Assembly (NCBI GenBank): GCA_963828495.1
Contig: CAWHFJ010000016.1
Span: 21,353 to 85,352, forward strand
Origin: Candidatus Omnitrophota bacterium
GTDB taxonomy: Bacteria; Omnitrophota; Gorgyraeia; Zapsychrales; Fredricksoniimonadaceae
Length of the DNA: 64,000 nucleotides
Direction: 5' to 3'
The notes beneath the pieces were generated by a model. That model saw only the letters and a program-made list of their open reading frames with translations. It was not told the DNA's origin and made no database searches. Positions 54,482-64,000 of this stretch are shown here, in pieces (the stretch's first letter is position 1; the number at the start of each line of letters is the position of its first letter). The position numbers and the translations under genes are program-made.

Positions 54482-56976
54482 AGATTTTCAATCTCCTTAC
54501 TTGAGGGGCACTTTCCAAATATCCTGGCATATTCACGAATCGTGCGGTCAGAAGAGAAATAACCGCTCTTAGACACATTAATAATGGATTTTTTGATCCA
54601 TTCATCCCTGTTTAAATAAGCTGTTGAAATTTGGTCCTGGATGCGGCAATAACTTTCAAAATCAGCGCAAACTAAAAACGGGTCAAGCACTGTTAAAGAC
54701 TCGATAATGGGAGAAAATATCCCGGGCGTATGCGGAGAAAAGAAATTCCCCCCCATCAGCTTAAAAATTTCCCGCAACATACTATTGCGTTGGATATACT
54801 CCCCGGGATTATAGCCTCTATTTTTCAAATCCTGGACTTCCTGGGCTTTCAGGCCAAAAATAAAAATATTCTCTTCGCCTACGATTTGCGCCATTTCCAC
54901 ATTGGCGCCGTCCAAGGTGCCTACCGTTAAGGCCCCATTAACCATAAATTTCATGTTCCCTGTGCCGGAGGCCTCGGTGCCGGCGGTTGAAATCTGCTCG
55001 GATAAATCACTGGCAGGAAAAATCTTTTCTGCCAGGGAGACCCGATAATTCTCCAAGAAAATCACACGGATCTTACTGTTCACATGTGTATCCTGATTGA
55101 TAACGTCCGCGATGCTATTAAAGAACTTAATGGTCAATTTAGCCATCGTATAAGAAGGCGCCGCCTTACCTGCGACAATAAAGGTGCGCGGATAAATAAA
55201 CGCTTTCGGGTTGTTCTTAAGTTGCAAATATTGAGAAATAATATAAAAGGCAAACAGCATCTGACGCTTGTATTCATGGATACGTTTGACCTGCACATCA
55301 AAAATGGATTCAGGGTCAACGCTGATATTCATGCTGGAGGTAATAAAAGAAGCCAACAGGGTCTTATTGTGTTTTTTTATGTCCGCCCATTGCTGGCGAA
55401 AATCTTTTTGGGACTTTAAGGGTTCCAGTTTTTCCAGCTTGTCTAAATGGATGACCCATCCGTCGCCAATGGTCTTGGTAATTAAAGAAGCCAACCGGGG
55501 ATTTGATTTCAAAAGCCAGCGTCTCTGCGTGATCCCGTTGGTTTTATTATTAAATTTCTCGGGAGACAATTCATAAAAATCTTTGAATAAATACTTCTTT
55601 AAAAGATCGGAGTGGAGCGCCGAAACCCCGTTGACGGAACAACTGCCTATGACCGCCAAAAAGGCCATCCTGACCCTTTTCGGGGAGCCTTCCTGGATCA
55701 AGGACATCCGGCCCAGTCGATCATTGTCGCCGGGATAACGATCGCCCACACTTTTTAAAAATCGGGCGTTAATTTCATAAATAATCTGCATATGACGGGG
55801 GAAAAGACTTTCAAACATATCCACCGGCCAGCATTCCAAGGCCTCGGGCATAATGGTATGATTGGTATACGCAAATATTTTCTGCGTAATCTCCCACGCG
55901 TCAGCCCATTTCACCGCATATTCATCCACCAATAACCGCATCAGTTCTACAATGGCCAGGGTGGGATGAGTGTCGTTGAGTTGAATAACAACCTTGCTAG
56001 GTAACTCTCTCAAATCTGAATTTTCGGCCTTAAAACGTCTGATGATATCGGCTATGGCCGCCGCGGAAAAGAAATATTCCTGCTTGAGGCGCAGTTCCCT
56101 GCCGCGCGTGATATTATCGGAAGGATATAAAACCTTGGAAATGTTCTCGGAAAGGACTTTTTTATAGACCGCATGCTCATAATCACCGGATTTAAAATAA
56201 TCAAAATCAAATTCCTCGGAAGTGCGGGCTGACCAAAGCCGTAACACATTGACCACATCATTCTTATAACCGACGACGGGATAATCATAAGGGACGGCCA
56301 ACACGTTCTCGGAGGGGATCCATTTCACATGAAGCTGGCCTTTGGGGTCCTGATACATTTCGGTCCGTCCATAAAAACCGATCTTAACCGTATTCTCCGG
56401 ACGGGCAAATTCCCAGGGATTGCCGTTGCGCAGCCAGTCATCGGGTAATTCCATTTGAAAACCGTCTTTTATTTTTTGATTGAATATCCCATAATCATAA
56501 CGAATCCCATACCCATGCGCCGGGATCCCTAAAGTCGCCATAGAGTCTAGAAAACAAGCCGCCAAGCGGCCCAAGCCGCCGTTGCCTAAACCGGCATCCA
56601 CCTCTTCGTCGCGCAGTTTTTCTATATCCAGGCCTAAATCTTCCAGCGCTGCCTCAGATTGTTTTTCTATCCCTAAATTATACATATTCGTGCCCAACAG
56701 TCGTCCGATCAAAAACTCCATCGACAGATAATACACGCGGCGCACATTCTTTTTATGATAACCCTGCTGGGTGATGATCCACCTCTCTATCAGACGATCT
56801 CTGATGGCCAAAGAAAGGGCAAAATAGTTATCATGGGCGGTGGCTGTATATTGGTCTTTAGAGAGGGCATACTGACGTTTGACCTGAAACGACAGCCTCA
56901 AGGCCTCCGTGGTCATTCCCTTTTTAGAAATGACCCATTCTACTTTTTTATCGCCTGGCAGGGACATTCTCATCAC
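54472..56976 (-). CDS. glgP: Glycogen/alpha-glucan phosphorylase
   Basis: 834 aa. GNGGLGRLAACFLDS and the PLP-lysine region TEASGTGNMKFMVNGALTVGTLDGANVE. Confidence 0.92.
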   Translation of the reverse strand: MMRMSLPGDKKVEWVISKKGMTTEALRLSFQVKRQYALSKDQYTATAHDNYFALSLAIRDRLIERWIITQQGYHKKNVRRVYYLSMEFLIGRLLGTNMYNLGIEKQSEAALEDLGLDIEKLRDEEVDAGLGNGGLGRLAACFLDSMATLGIPAHGYGIRYDYGIFNQKIKDGFQMELPDDWLRNGNPWEFARPENTVKIGFYGRTEMYQDPKGQLHVKWIPSENVLAVPYDYPVVGYKNDVVNVLRLWSARTSEEFDFDYFKSGDYEHAVYKKVLSENISKVLYPSDNITRGRELRLKQEYFFSAAAIADIIRRFKAENSDLRELPSKVVIQLNDTHPTLAIVELMRLLVDEYAVKWADAWEITQKIFAYTNHTIMPEALECWPVDMFESLFPRHMQIIYEINARFLKSVGDRYPGDNDRLGRMSLIQEGSPKRVRMAFLAVIGSCSVNGVSALHSDLLKKYLFKDFYELSPEKFNNKTNGITQRRWLLKSNPRLASLITKTIGDGWVIHLDKLEKLEPLKSQKDFRQQWADIKKHNKTLLASFITSSMNISVDPESIFDVQVKRIHEYKRQMLFAFYIISQYLQLKNNPKAFIYPRTFIVAGKAAPSYTMAKLTIKFFNSIADVINQDTHVNSKIRVIFLENYRVSLAEKIFPASDLSEQISTAGTEASGTGNMKFMVNGALTVGTLDGANVEMAQIVGEENIFIFGLKAQEVQDLKNRGYNPGEYIQRNSMLREIFKLMGGNFFSPHTPGIFSPIIESLTVLDPFLVCADFESYCRIQDQISTAYLNRDEWIKKSIINVSKSGYFSSDRTIREYARIFGKCPSSKEIENLWI

Positions 56977-59371
56977 CTAAAATGCGCATACTGTAAAAAG
57001 ACTTGATCAAAAAGAACAACGCAATAGCAAAAAAGACCACGGCGAACGTCGTATCGAGACCGCGGTTTAACTGAATGGCAATTTCAACAGCCAAAAGACC
57101 GAACAGCGTGGTGAATTTAATGATCGGGTTAATGGATACCGACGAAGTATCTTTAAACGGATCGCCTACGGTATCCCCCACAACGGTCGCCTCATGGACT
57201 TGTGTGCCTTTTTCTCTGTAAGTCACTTCCACCAGTTTCTTCGCATTATCCCACGAAGCGCCGGCATTGGCCATAAAAATAGCTTGATACAAACCGAAAA
57301 AGGCAATCGACAGAAGATAGCCGATAAAATAAAACGGCTCGACACAAGCAAAGGCCAAGGTAGTAAAAAATATTGTCAGAAAAATATTGATCATGCCTTT
57401 CTGGGCGAACATCGTACAGATCTCAACGACACGGGTTGAGTCCGCCGCAGAGGCCTTGTTAGCCCCCTCCAGCTTCATATGTGTCTTAATGTATTCCACC
57501 GCATGATACGCTCCGGCGACAACAGCCTGAATAGAGGCCCCGGTAAACCAGTAGATCACCGCACCCCCGCTTAATAACCCCAACAAAAAAGGCGGATAAA
57601 GGATGGACAGCTTGTCCATTTGCGCGGTCAGACCATGGGTCAAGATCATGATGATGGAAAAGATCATGGTCGTCGCACCCACCACCGCCGTTCCAATCAG
57701 AACGGGTTTAGAAGTGGCTTTAAAGGTGTTGCCTGCCCCGTCGTTGGCTTCCAAAAAATTCTTGGCGCTTTCAAATTCAGGGGTAAAGTTAAAATCTTTC
57801 TCGATCTCACTTTTAATATTAGGTATCTGTTCAATCAGAGAAAGTTCATAAATCGATTGGGCATTGTCCGACACCGGTCCGTAAGAATCCACGGCAATGG
57901 TCACTGGCCCCATCCCCAAAAAACCAAAAGCCACGAGCCCGAAGGCGAACACCGCCGGAGCAATCATGATGGCGCTTAAACCGAATAAACTGACAAAAAA
58001 AGCCAGCGCCATGAGCGACACAATGACCAACCCCATCCAATAAGCGCTAAAATTACCGGCCACCAAACCCGCCAGGATATTCAACGAAGAGCCGCCTTTT
58101 TTGGAAGATTGATAGACATTATGGACATAGACAGAATCCATCGACGTGAAAATTTTGACCGTCTCAGGAATAATGGCCCCGGCCATTGTCCCGCAGGTAA
58201 TAATGGAAGCCAGCTTCCACCAGAATGTGCCGTCACCTAAATGCGGGATCAATACATAAGAAGCCCCAAACGTCATGATGACAGAAAGAACGGACGTGAT
58301 CCATACTAAAGAGGTCAACGGATCCTCGAAATTCATTGTTTTAACGTTCGCATAACGGCGTTGAGCGAAAAAGTCATTAACATAATACGCCAATGCGCTG
58401 GAAATGAGCATAATCAAACGCATGGAAAAAATCCAGACTAAAAGCAGCGCCTGGTCCGCGGGATTTTTAACAGCGAGTAGAATAAAGGAAATAAGAGCAA
58501 CCCCGGTCACCCCATAGGTTTCAAATCCGTCGGCTGTCGGGCCCACAGAATCGCCGGCATTGTCTCCCACACAATCGGCAATAACACCCGGATTACGGGC
58601 GTCATCTTCCTTGACTTTAAAAACGATTTTCATTAAATCAGAGCCGATATCGGCAATTTTAGTAAAGATACCGCCCGCGATCCTTAAAACAGAAGCGCCT
58701 AATGATTCGCCGATCGCAAAACCAATGAAGCATGAACCGGAATAATCAGAAGGAATAAAAAGCAGAATGCATAACATGACAAAAAGTTCAATACTGATCA
58801 AAAGCATTCCAATACTCATACCCGCTTGCAGCGGAATGGCATACACAGGAAATGGTTTGCCGCCCAAGCTCGCAAAGGCTGACCGGGAATTGGCCATCGT
58901 ATTAATTCTCATACCAAACCAGGCCACCCCATAACTGCCGGCAATACCTATTAAACTGCAAACGAGAATAAGTACGACTTTGCCAAAATCCAAATGACGT
59001 AAAACACCAAAATATCCCACCATGACGACCCCTATGATCGCCTCCAACATCAGCAGGAATTTGCCCTGGGCAATCAAATAGGCTTTGCAGGTGGTGTAAA
59101 TAAGTTCGGAAATGTCCTTCATGGACTTATGGACCGGCATTTTTTTAATGCGGCCGTATTGAACGACACCGAAAAAGGCGCCAAAAATACAAAGAATAAA
59201 TCCCAGAATCAGAGCTGACCGGCCATTAAGATTAAAAAATAACGGGACCGCAGATAAATCCGGCACTCTCAAATCAGCCTCACCGGCCCAAGATAAAGGC
59301 GCGGCGCCAACAACCGCCAATAACACTAAAAACCATCCGTACTTCTTTAAAACAACCGCTGTCTGACTCAT
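56948..59371 (-). CDS. hppA: Membrane-bound proton-translocating pyrophosphatase
   Basis: 807 aa, about 16 TM. CVGDNAGDSVGPTADGFE and GDTVGDPFKDTS motifs. GNTFKA (Lys at the A/K determinant) suggests the K+-independent type, which is tentative. Confidence 0.92.
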   Translation of the reverse strand: MSQTAVVLKKYGWFLVLLAVVGAAPLSWAGEADLRVPDLSAVPLFFNLNGRSALILGFILCIFGAFFGVVQYGRIKKMPVHKSMKDISELIYTTCKAYLIAQGKFLLMLEAIIGVVMVGYFGVLRHLDFGKVVLILVCSLIGIAGSYGVAWFGMRINTMANSRSAFASLGGKPFPVYAIPLQAGMSIGMLLISIELFVMLCILLFIPSDYSGSCFIGFAIGESLGASVLRIAGGIFTKIADIGSDLMKIVFKVKEDDARNPGVIADCVGDNAGDSVGPTADGFETYGVTGVALISFILLAVKNPADQALLLVWIFSMRLIMLISSALAYYVNDFFAQRRYANVKTMNFEDPLTSLVWITSVLSVIMTFGASYVLIPHLGDGTFWWKLASIITCGTMAGAIIPETVKIFTSMDSVYVHNVYQSSKKGGSSLNILAGLVAGNFSAYWMGLVIVSLMALAFFVSLFGLSAIMIAPAVFAFGLVAFGFLGMGPVTIAVDSYGPVSDNAQSIYELSLIEQIPNIKSEIEKDFNFTPEFESAKNFLEANDGAGNTFKATSKPVLIGTAVVGATTMIFSIIMILTHGLTAQMDKLSILYPPFLLGLLSGGAVIYWFTGASIQAVVAGAYHAVEYIKTHMKLEGANKASAADSTRVVEICTMFAQKGMINIFLTIFFTTLAFACVEPFYFIGYLLSIAFFGLYQAIFMANAGASWDNAKKLVEVTYREKGTQVHEATVVGDTVGDPFKDTSSVSINPIIKFTTLFGLLAVEIAIQLNRGLDTTFAVVFFAIALFFLIKSFYSMRILGDENVPARR

Positions 59372-59400
59372 TTGAACTTCCTTTCTTTATAAGATACCGC

Positions 59401-59481
59401 GTGTCATTGCGAACGACCGAAGGGAGTGAAGCAATCTCTTAAAACGGGATTGCTTCGTCGCTTCGCTCCTCGCAATGACAC
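59401..59481. repeat. Composite palindromic element (two inverted GTGTCATTGCGA...GCAATC units)
   Basis: gtgtcattgcgaacgaccgaagggagtgaagcaatctcttaaaacgggattgcttcgtcgcttcgctcctcgcaatgacac. The right half is identical to the right half of 30165-30238. Confidence 0.9.
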
Positions 59482-59497
59482 AATAAGAATTCTTCCA

Positions 59498-60452
59498 TTA
59501 GCTGGCTCCCACAAACCAGCCGACAAGAAAAACAAGCAGCCCGCCGACTATGACCTGAAAGGCGGCGGAGAGAAAAGGCGTGTCCATATAACGCCATCGG
59601 ATACATGAAATAGCCGCAAGTTCGACGAGGACAACAGCTGATAGCCACCGACATCGCCAAACGGAAATCACGAATAAAAAAAGGAAAGGTGTGCCCCAGG
59701 CCGCCTAAAGTCGTCATGATGCCGCAAATGACACCGCGCAGCCAAGGAGACCCTCGGCCGCTGAGCTTCCCATCATCGGACAAGGCCTCGGCAAAACCCA
59801 TGCTGATCCCCGCTCCCACTGAAGCCGCGAGACCTACTTTAAGGGTTTCTACAGTATTGGACGTCGCAAATGCTGCGGCAAAAACAGGTGCCAGGGTCGA
59901 GACCGAACCATCCATTAACCCCGCAAGGCCGGGCTGAATAAAACGCAAAACAAAAAACCGGCGTGCCGTATTCTTTTCATCCAGCAGGGCGCCGGTCTCT
60001 GACTGCTCCTTGGTCATCTGTATGGCGTTAATTTCATGCTGCTGTTCTTCTTGGGCCAAGTCTCCCAAAAGTTTACGCATAGAAGCATCGTTAGTCCGCC
60101 CCGCGGAGACTTCATAAAACCGGCGTGATTCCAACTCCATTAAGGCGGCTTCCTGTCGTGCTTTTTCAGGACTGATCTTATGGATAAACCAAAAAGGACG
60201 CCGCACCAAAAAACCCTTCACATCCTGCCTGCGGATCAACGGAATGTGGTCACCAAAACGCTGGCGATAAAGATCGATTAACCGGCTGCGGTGCACCGAT
60301 TCTTCTTTGGCCATCTTGACAAAGAGATCTGCTGTCACCGGAAAATCCTTGCGCAGGCCATCGGCAAAATCGCGATAAATATGTCCGTCCTCTTCTTCAG
60401 CGGCAATGGCCAAAGCCAGGACTTGCGCTTCGTTAAGATCACGAAAATACAT
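59498..60452 (-). pseudogene. Ferritin-like (erythrin)/VIT1 (CCC1) iron-manganese transporter fusion with one frameshift near the last TM helix
   Basis: The N-terminus has a ferritin-like diiron pattern (EEEDGH...EESVH...EEQQH) and the middle is VIT1 TM segments. After ...[13 protein letters not shown] the canonical tail [46 protein letters not shown] is in another frame (shift near 59640, stop 59498-59500). The track ORF instead reads through into the repeat (..[13 protein letters not shown]). Confidence 0.7.
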
Positions 60453-60550
60453 GTGCTAAAACCTTTCCTCATTTATTTTAGTGTTTATTGTATCAGAATA
60501 AATAATGACGTCTACCATTTAATAAACGGCAGGTGTCACTATGTAATTAT

Positions 60551-61222
60551 CTACTCCGGCTTTCTTAAAATTAGTCTTTGCCCTTCCTGGTCGAGCGTAA
60601 AATGATATTTATTTAAAAATGACAGCCCCAGCAGGCCGTCTTTAAAGGCGCTCTCAATTTCTTTATTATCTTCCAGTAAAACAGCAGCGGTAATATCTGT
60701 GCCTTGCGCGTCCCCCAGCTGCAGGCTATTTAATAAAATTTCAGCCGCTTTATACTTACCGTTTAAAACGCTCACATATCCTTTTTTGGCCGTAGCCGCA
60801 TCAAGGTCCAAAAGCCGGATAAACCGGGATGATAACAAAACCACAGGGGCCCCTGTGTCGACGATGAGCGAGGCATGCACATTATTATTAAGGACCACAT
60901 CGACAAAAAAATGGCCGGTGCTATCAGCGACTAACGGGATGTTGATCCCCTTGGCATCTTCTCTTTTTCTTTCCGCTTGAGCGGCTAAATCATCACTCAA
61001 TTGTTCTTTGGCTGCCAAAATTTTTGAGGGAGAGCTTCCCTCTTGGGCTTCCTTCAAAGCCTGGCGGTCAGCGCTGACCACATCGCTTTGGGCCCAGAGA
61101 ATGACGGGTGTCGCTACGACGAGTGTCATTGCGAGCCCGAAGGGCGAAGCAATCTCTTTAAAAAGATTGCTTCGCTTCGCTCGCAATGACACTCGTCGGA
61201 GTGGTCGCAATGACACTATCAT
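60551..61222 (-). CDS. Retropepsin-like (clan AA) aspartic protease, secreted
   Basis: LIVDTGAPVVLLS catalytic motif. The N-terminal 31 codons are a translation of the repeat element. The alternative start ATG at 61129 lies inside the repeat terminus (ctcgcaATGacac). Confidence 0.65.
   Translation of the reverse strand: MIVSLRPLRRVSLRAKRSNLFKEIASPFGLAMTLVVATPVILWAQSDVVSADRQALKEAQEGSSPSKILAAKEQLSDDLAAQAERKREDAKGINIPLVADSTGHFFVDVVLNNNVHASLIVDTGAPVVLLSSRFIRLLDLDAATAKKGYVSVLNGKYKAAEILLNSLQLGDAQGTDITAAVLLEDNKEIESAFKDGLLGLSFLNKYHFTLDQEGQRLILRKPE
61123..61216. repeat. Composite palindromic element plus an extra terminus copy
   Basis: gtgtcattgcgagcccgaagggcgaagcaatctctttaaaaagattgcttcgcttcgctcgcaatgacac (61123-61192), then tcgtcggagtgg and tcgcaatgacac (to 61216). 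Confidence 0.9.
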
Positions 61223-61234
61223 AAGACTACCCTA

Positions 61235-62870
61235 TTATTTCTTTTTGTGGTTGATTTGTTCCAGTAAAAAACTCGATAAATTCAGATGAAACTTCCTTTG
61301 TAGCTGTCTAATCTCCTTGATTAAATCTCGATTATCTTTGTCGTACTCCAATTGACCTATCAGATGATACACCTTACGGACGGCCCATTCCTGGGCGATA
61401 CGCTTGTCCCCCCGGGGCGCTTGAGAAATATCATCACTGATCAGATATTGTTTAAGCCCATCCTGGGCTTGGCCGAAAAGCTGAAAATAAAACACTTGTT
61501 CTTTGGTGTAACGGCCCCACAAAACAAATTGAGAGCCTTTAAAAAGGTCCGGGAGCAGTTTCGGATAAATTTCTTGGGACTTAAGGCCGCCGACATAATA
61601 ACGCAAGTTGATGAGCACCGGGTCTCTGATTTGCTTATAGAGATCGACAATGCCACGGGCGATGTCGTTGGGGGCAAACTCGGCCCATCCGCGGTTGGTA
61701 AAGCTCAAGAAAGCTCATCAAGTATCTTTCTAAGAACGTCCCCGCGCCAAAAGCAAAGATAGGCACACGGCCCTGGTTAATAGCGGCGATTTGGTTGATG
61801 ATCTGCTGCGGATTAATCACCCCCGCGGTCGGCTGGCCGTCGCTGATCAACAAGACATAGGACGGCTTCATGGATTTCTCAAGATTAATACTTTTTAAAA
61901 CAGCTTCATACACATCCGTATCGGAATTGGCCATCGTATCATCTAAGAAATATTTTGCCTTATGAATATCAGCGGGGATATTAGATAAAGATTCCTTATT
62001 GACGACAATCGTATTATGCTTAAAAACTATGACATTAAACTTGTCGTTGCGGCCCAGCAGATTAAAACAATCCTCCACTCCTTGTTTGAATTGCTCTAAC
62101 ACGGGCTGACCTATGCTATTGGAAGAATCCACCAAAAAAACAATCTCTTTAGGGATAACCGCCAGGGACCCCGGGATTTCTCCCACACGGACGCTAAGTT
62201 TAAAATAACGGCTATGGTCTGCAGGGTCCTCATACGTACGCAAATCGTAGCCCAAGAAATTCTTAACGTCCCCGGCACTGGTCACAGGCTCAAAAGCCAG
62301 ACGCGTGGTGTTCTCTGGGGAATCCCGCAGCGCTGCTGCGGAAAGAATTCTTTCCGCCCCCGGCTCTTGAGGTGCGGTCATTAAAGAAGGCCTATACGCC
62401 GATAAAACAGGAGTCCGTGTTTGACTTGACGTTGATACGGTCAAATCTTTAGAAATATCCTGGTTACTGACTACGGCCGACGGTACGATCCTCTTGGCCG
62501 AAAGTGTTTGGGACACCTGTGCCGGGGCCACCTCCTTGACGATCGATATAAAAGTTTGGTCCACTTGGCCGGGCTTGGTTTGTGCCGTTTGTGTCACCGT
62601 ATGTTCCATAGGAATATTTTGAAGCGTGAGATCATTGTCCGGTGCCGACGGGTTCTCTCGCACTTGAAGCTGGGGCTCGGGGGAAGGCTTCTTGCCTTCC
62701 TTGGCTTTAGGCCCGGAGAGCAATTTTGAATCAACCCTGACGTGAACATAAAACGGTACGTTTGTGAATTGAGGAGGCGCAATGGTATAGATGACGGTAT
62801 TAAAAGCCAGCGCTAAAACCACCACATGGAGTGTTAAAGAAATGCTGATTGAAGATATTTTTTTGTTCAC
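61235..62870 (-). pseudogene. Membrane-anchored von Willebrand factor A (vWA) domain protein interrupted by a 10-bp tandem duplication
   Basis: N-terminal TM, a long linker, then vWA (IVFLVDSSNSIG...LLISDGQPT...IFAFGAG). The reading frame breaks at aaagctcaag/aaagctcatc (61700-61719). Deleting one 10-mer restores ...ERYLMSFTNRGWAEFAPN... and joins track ORFs 61635..62870 and 61235..61708. Confidence 0.75.
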
Positions 62871-64000
62871 AAAATTTTCCCGATGAGTTCCTGGGCCTTA
62901 GGCGCTTGCTGGCTGTGAGGATAATCCTCCAGAATCTGCTGATACGCTTTCTTGGCATCCTGGTTATCATTTAATTTTTGTAAAAGGTCCCCTGCCTGCA
63001 GCAGCGCCTGAGGGCCGTATTGCGGGTCTTTATATAAAAGGCCGACCATCATGTATAACTTAGACGCTTGTTTGAAATCCTGCTGTGATTCGAAAAGACG
63101 GGCCAGTTCAAAACGGGCGTGCATGGTCACAAAATTATCTTCCAGATTCAGAGCAATGGCCCCTTCGAATTCTTTCTCGGCATTGACCTTGTCCCCGCCG
63201 GATGCTAAACAAGAACCCCAGCCCAAATACGCCCGGCCCTGATACCCGTTATTTTCCTTGTCGGCAATCACTTGATTATAATAGCCCCTGGCCTGGTCAC
63301 AATTATTTTGCAGGCGGTACGCCTCTGCCATAAAGAAATTAATCCCCTGGATCTGGGACGCCGCCACCGGAAGTTTTTGGGCACGATCAAGGACTTCTAA
63401 CATTTTTTGCGCTTCGTTTTTGGCCTGCCAATACTGGGCAAGCCACAAATAATCTTTAGTGGGAAGATTGCTCGGAGGGAAATTCTCTATGATCCAGCCC
63501 AAGGCCGCGGCTGCCTTGTCCTGGTCATTGTTTTTAAGATAAATAATGGCGCTGTTTTTCAAGACAAAATATTTTAATTCTGTACCGATATTGAGGCCCC
63601 CTAATTTTTCATAATCCCCAAGCGCCTCGTCGTCTTTCCCTGACAGCTGAAGATCATAGCCCATCTGAAAAACAATTTGAGGCCAATGCGGGTCATCTGT
63701 TTTTTCCAGCAAAGGTTTTAACAGCCCCTGGGCCTGGTCATATTTTTGGTCCTGGGTATAAATCTCAGCGCAAGCCAAAGTCAAATCAAAAATCCATCGG
63801 CCTTGAGGATATTGCTGACGATAAGACCCTGCCGCCTCAATGGCCTTGTCCTTCATTCCCGCTTTTTGGTACATCAGAAATACGTTATAAAAGATGTCCT
63901 CTCGTGAAGGATCGTCTTTACTCTTATTAAAACAATCCATGAATAAAGAGGCCGCTTCCTGAAATTTATTCTGGGTATAACGTAGGTTGGCCATGGCGCA
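62867..64000 (-). CDS. TPR-repeat protein (probably N-terminally incomplete in this window)
   Basis: Repeated A-x-x-Y/F-x-x-G...A pattern throughout 375 aa. ATGA overlap with the vWA gene. The ORF is still open near the right edge. Confidence 0.7.
   Translation of the reverse strand, partial: CAMANLRYTQNKFQEAASLFMDCFNKSKDDPSREDIFYNVFLMYQKAGMKDKAIEAAGSYRQQYPQGRWIFDLTLACAEIYTQDQKYDQAQGLLKPLLEKTDDPHWPQIVFQMGYDLQLSGKDDEALGDYEKLGGLNIGTELKYFVLKNSAIIYLKNNDQDKAAAALGWIIENFPPSNLPTKDYLWLAQYWQAKNEAQKMLEVLDRAQKLPVAASQIQGINFFMAEAYRLQNNCDQARGYYNQVIADKENNGYQGRAYLGWGSCLASGGDKVNAEKEFEGAIALNLEDNFVTMHARFELARLFESQQDFKQASKLYMMVGLLYKDPQYGPQALLQAGDLLQKLNDNQDAKKAYQQILEDYPHSQQAPKAQELIGKIL

Overview
All credible genes in this 64-kb window lie on the minus strand, often joined by 4-nt ATGA stop/start overlaps. 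No plus-strand ORF in the track looks real. The gene content suggests an anaerobic, fermentative and probably uncultivated bacterium: single-chain PFOR, ADP-forming acetyl-CoA synthetase, class III RNR NrdDG, membrane H+-pyrophosphatase and glycogen phosphorylase. I cannot assign taxonomy from sequence alone.

Layout:
- 1-22.9 kb: a Wzx/Wzy-type surface-glycan locus. It holds a DegT aminotransferase, a PglC-like priming transferase, three glycosyltransferases, an EpsG-like polymerase, a flippase, two SDR epimerases, GNAT/FemAB-like proteins, an O-antigen-ligase-like protein, a Wza-like exporter and an outer-membrane beta-barrel. Accessory genes interrupt it: a wHTH-MNT/HEPN pair, a DUF4143-type ATPase with a PD-(D/E)xK tail, and a lambda-phosphatase-like enzyme. 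Its Wzc-like co-polymerase/tyrosine kinase is badly frameshifted.
- 22.9-26.5 kb: small secreted or membrane proteins and a second wHTH-MNT/HEPN pair.
- 26.5-32.3 kb: PFOR and ADP-forming acetyl-CoA synthetase.
- 32.3-36.0 kb: two secretion-type ATPases (FlaI/CpaF-like and PilB/GspE-like) bracketing two uncharacterised small proteins.
- 36.0-38.7 kb: tRNA-Ser(CGA), a membrane protein, serS and a CheY-like receiver.
- 38.7-44.9 kb: an unusual cluster of KAS II, ACP, esterase, MtnX-like HAD phosphatase, class III aminotransferase and polysaccharide deacetylase.
- 45.0-48.9 kb: three ATGA-coupled small genes (one a 56-aa zinc ribbon missing from the track), a CPA2 antiporter and a NarL-type two-component pair.
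- 49.0-64.0 kb: nrdDG, a decayed radical-SAM gene, a cytidylate-kinase-like gene, a DHOD-like gene, glgP, hppA, a frameshifted ferritin-like/VIT1 gene, a retropepsin-like protease, a vWA gene broken by a 10-bp tandem duplication, and a TPR gene.

Three small repeat families sit in the gaps:
- GTGTCATTGCGAG...CTCGCAATGACAC palindromic units, at 6 loci.
- A 24-25 nt GATYCCCGCTTTCRCGGGRATGAC hairpin, at 2 loci. One copy is in-frame inside the priming transferase.
- C-rich/G-rich cassettes that carry the Shine-Dalgarno sequence of two genes.

I found no CRISPR array, rRNA, transposase, integrase or prophage. The best candidates for something undescribed are the duplicated GNAT-like plus formyltransferase-like/beta-rich fusion module in the glycan locus, the two-ATPase module, and the KAS-ACP-aminotransferase cluster. 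All functional calls come from motif recognition by eye. No searches were run.
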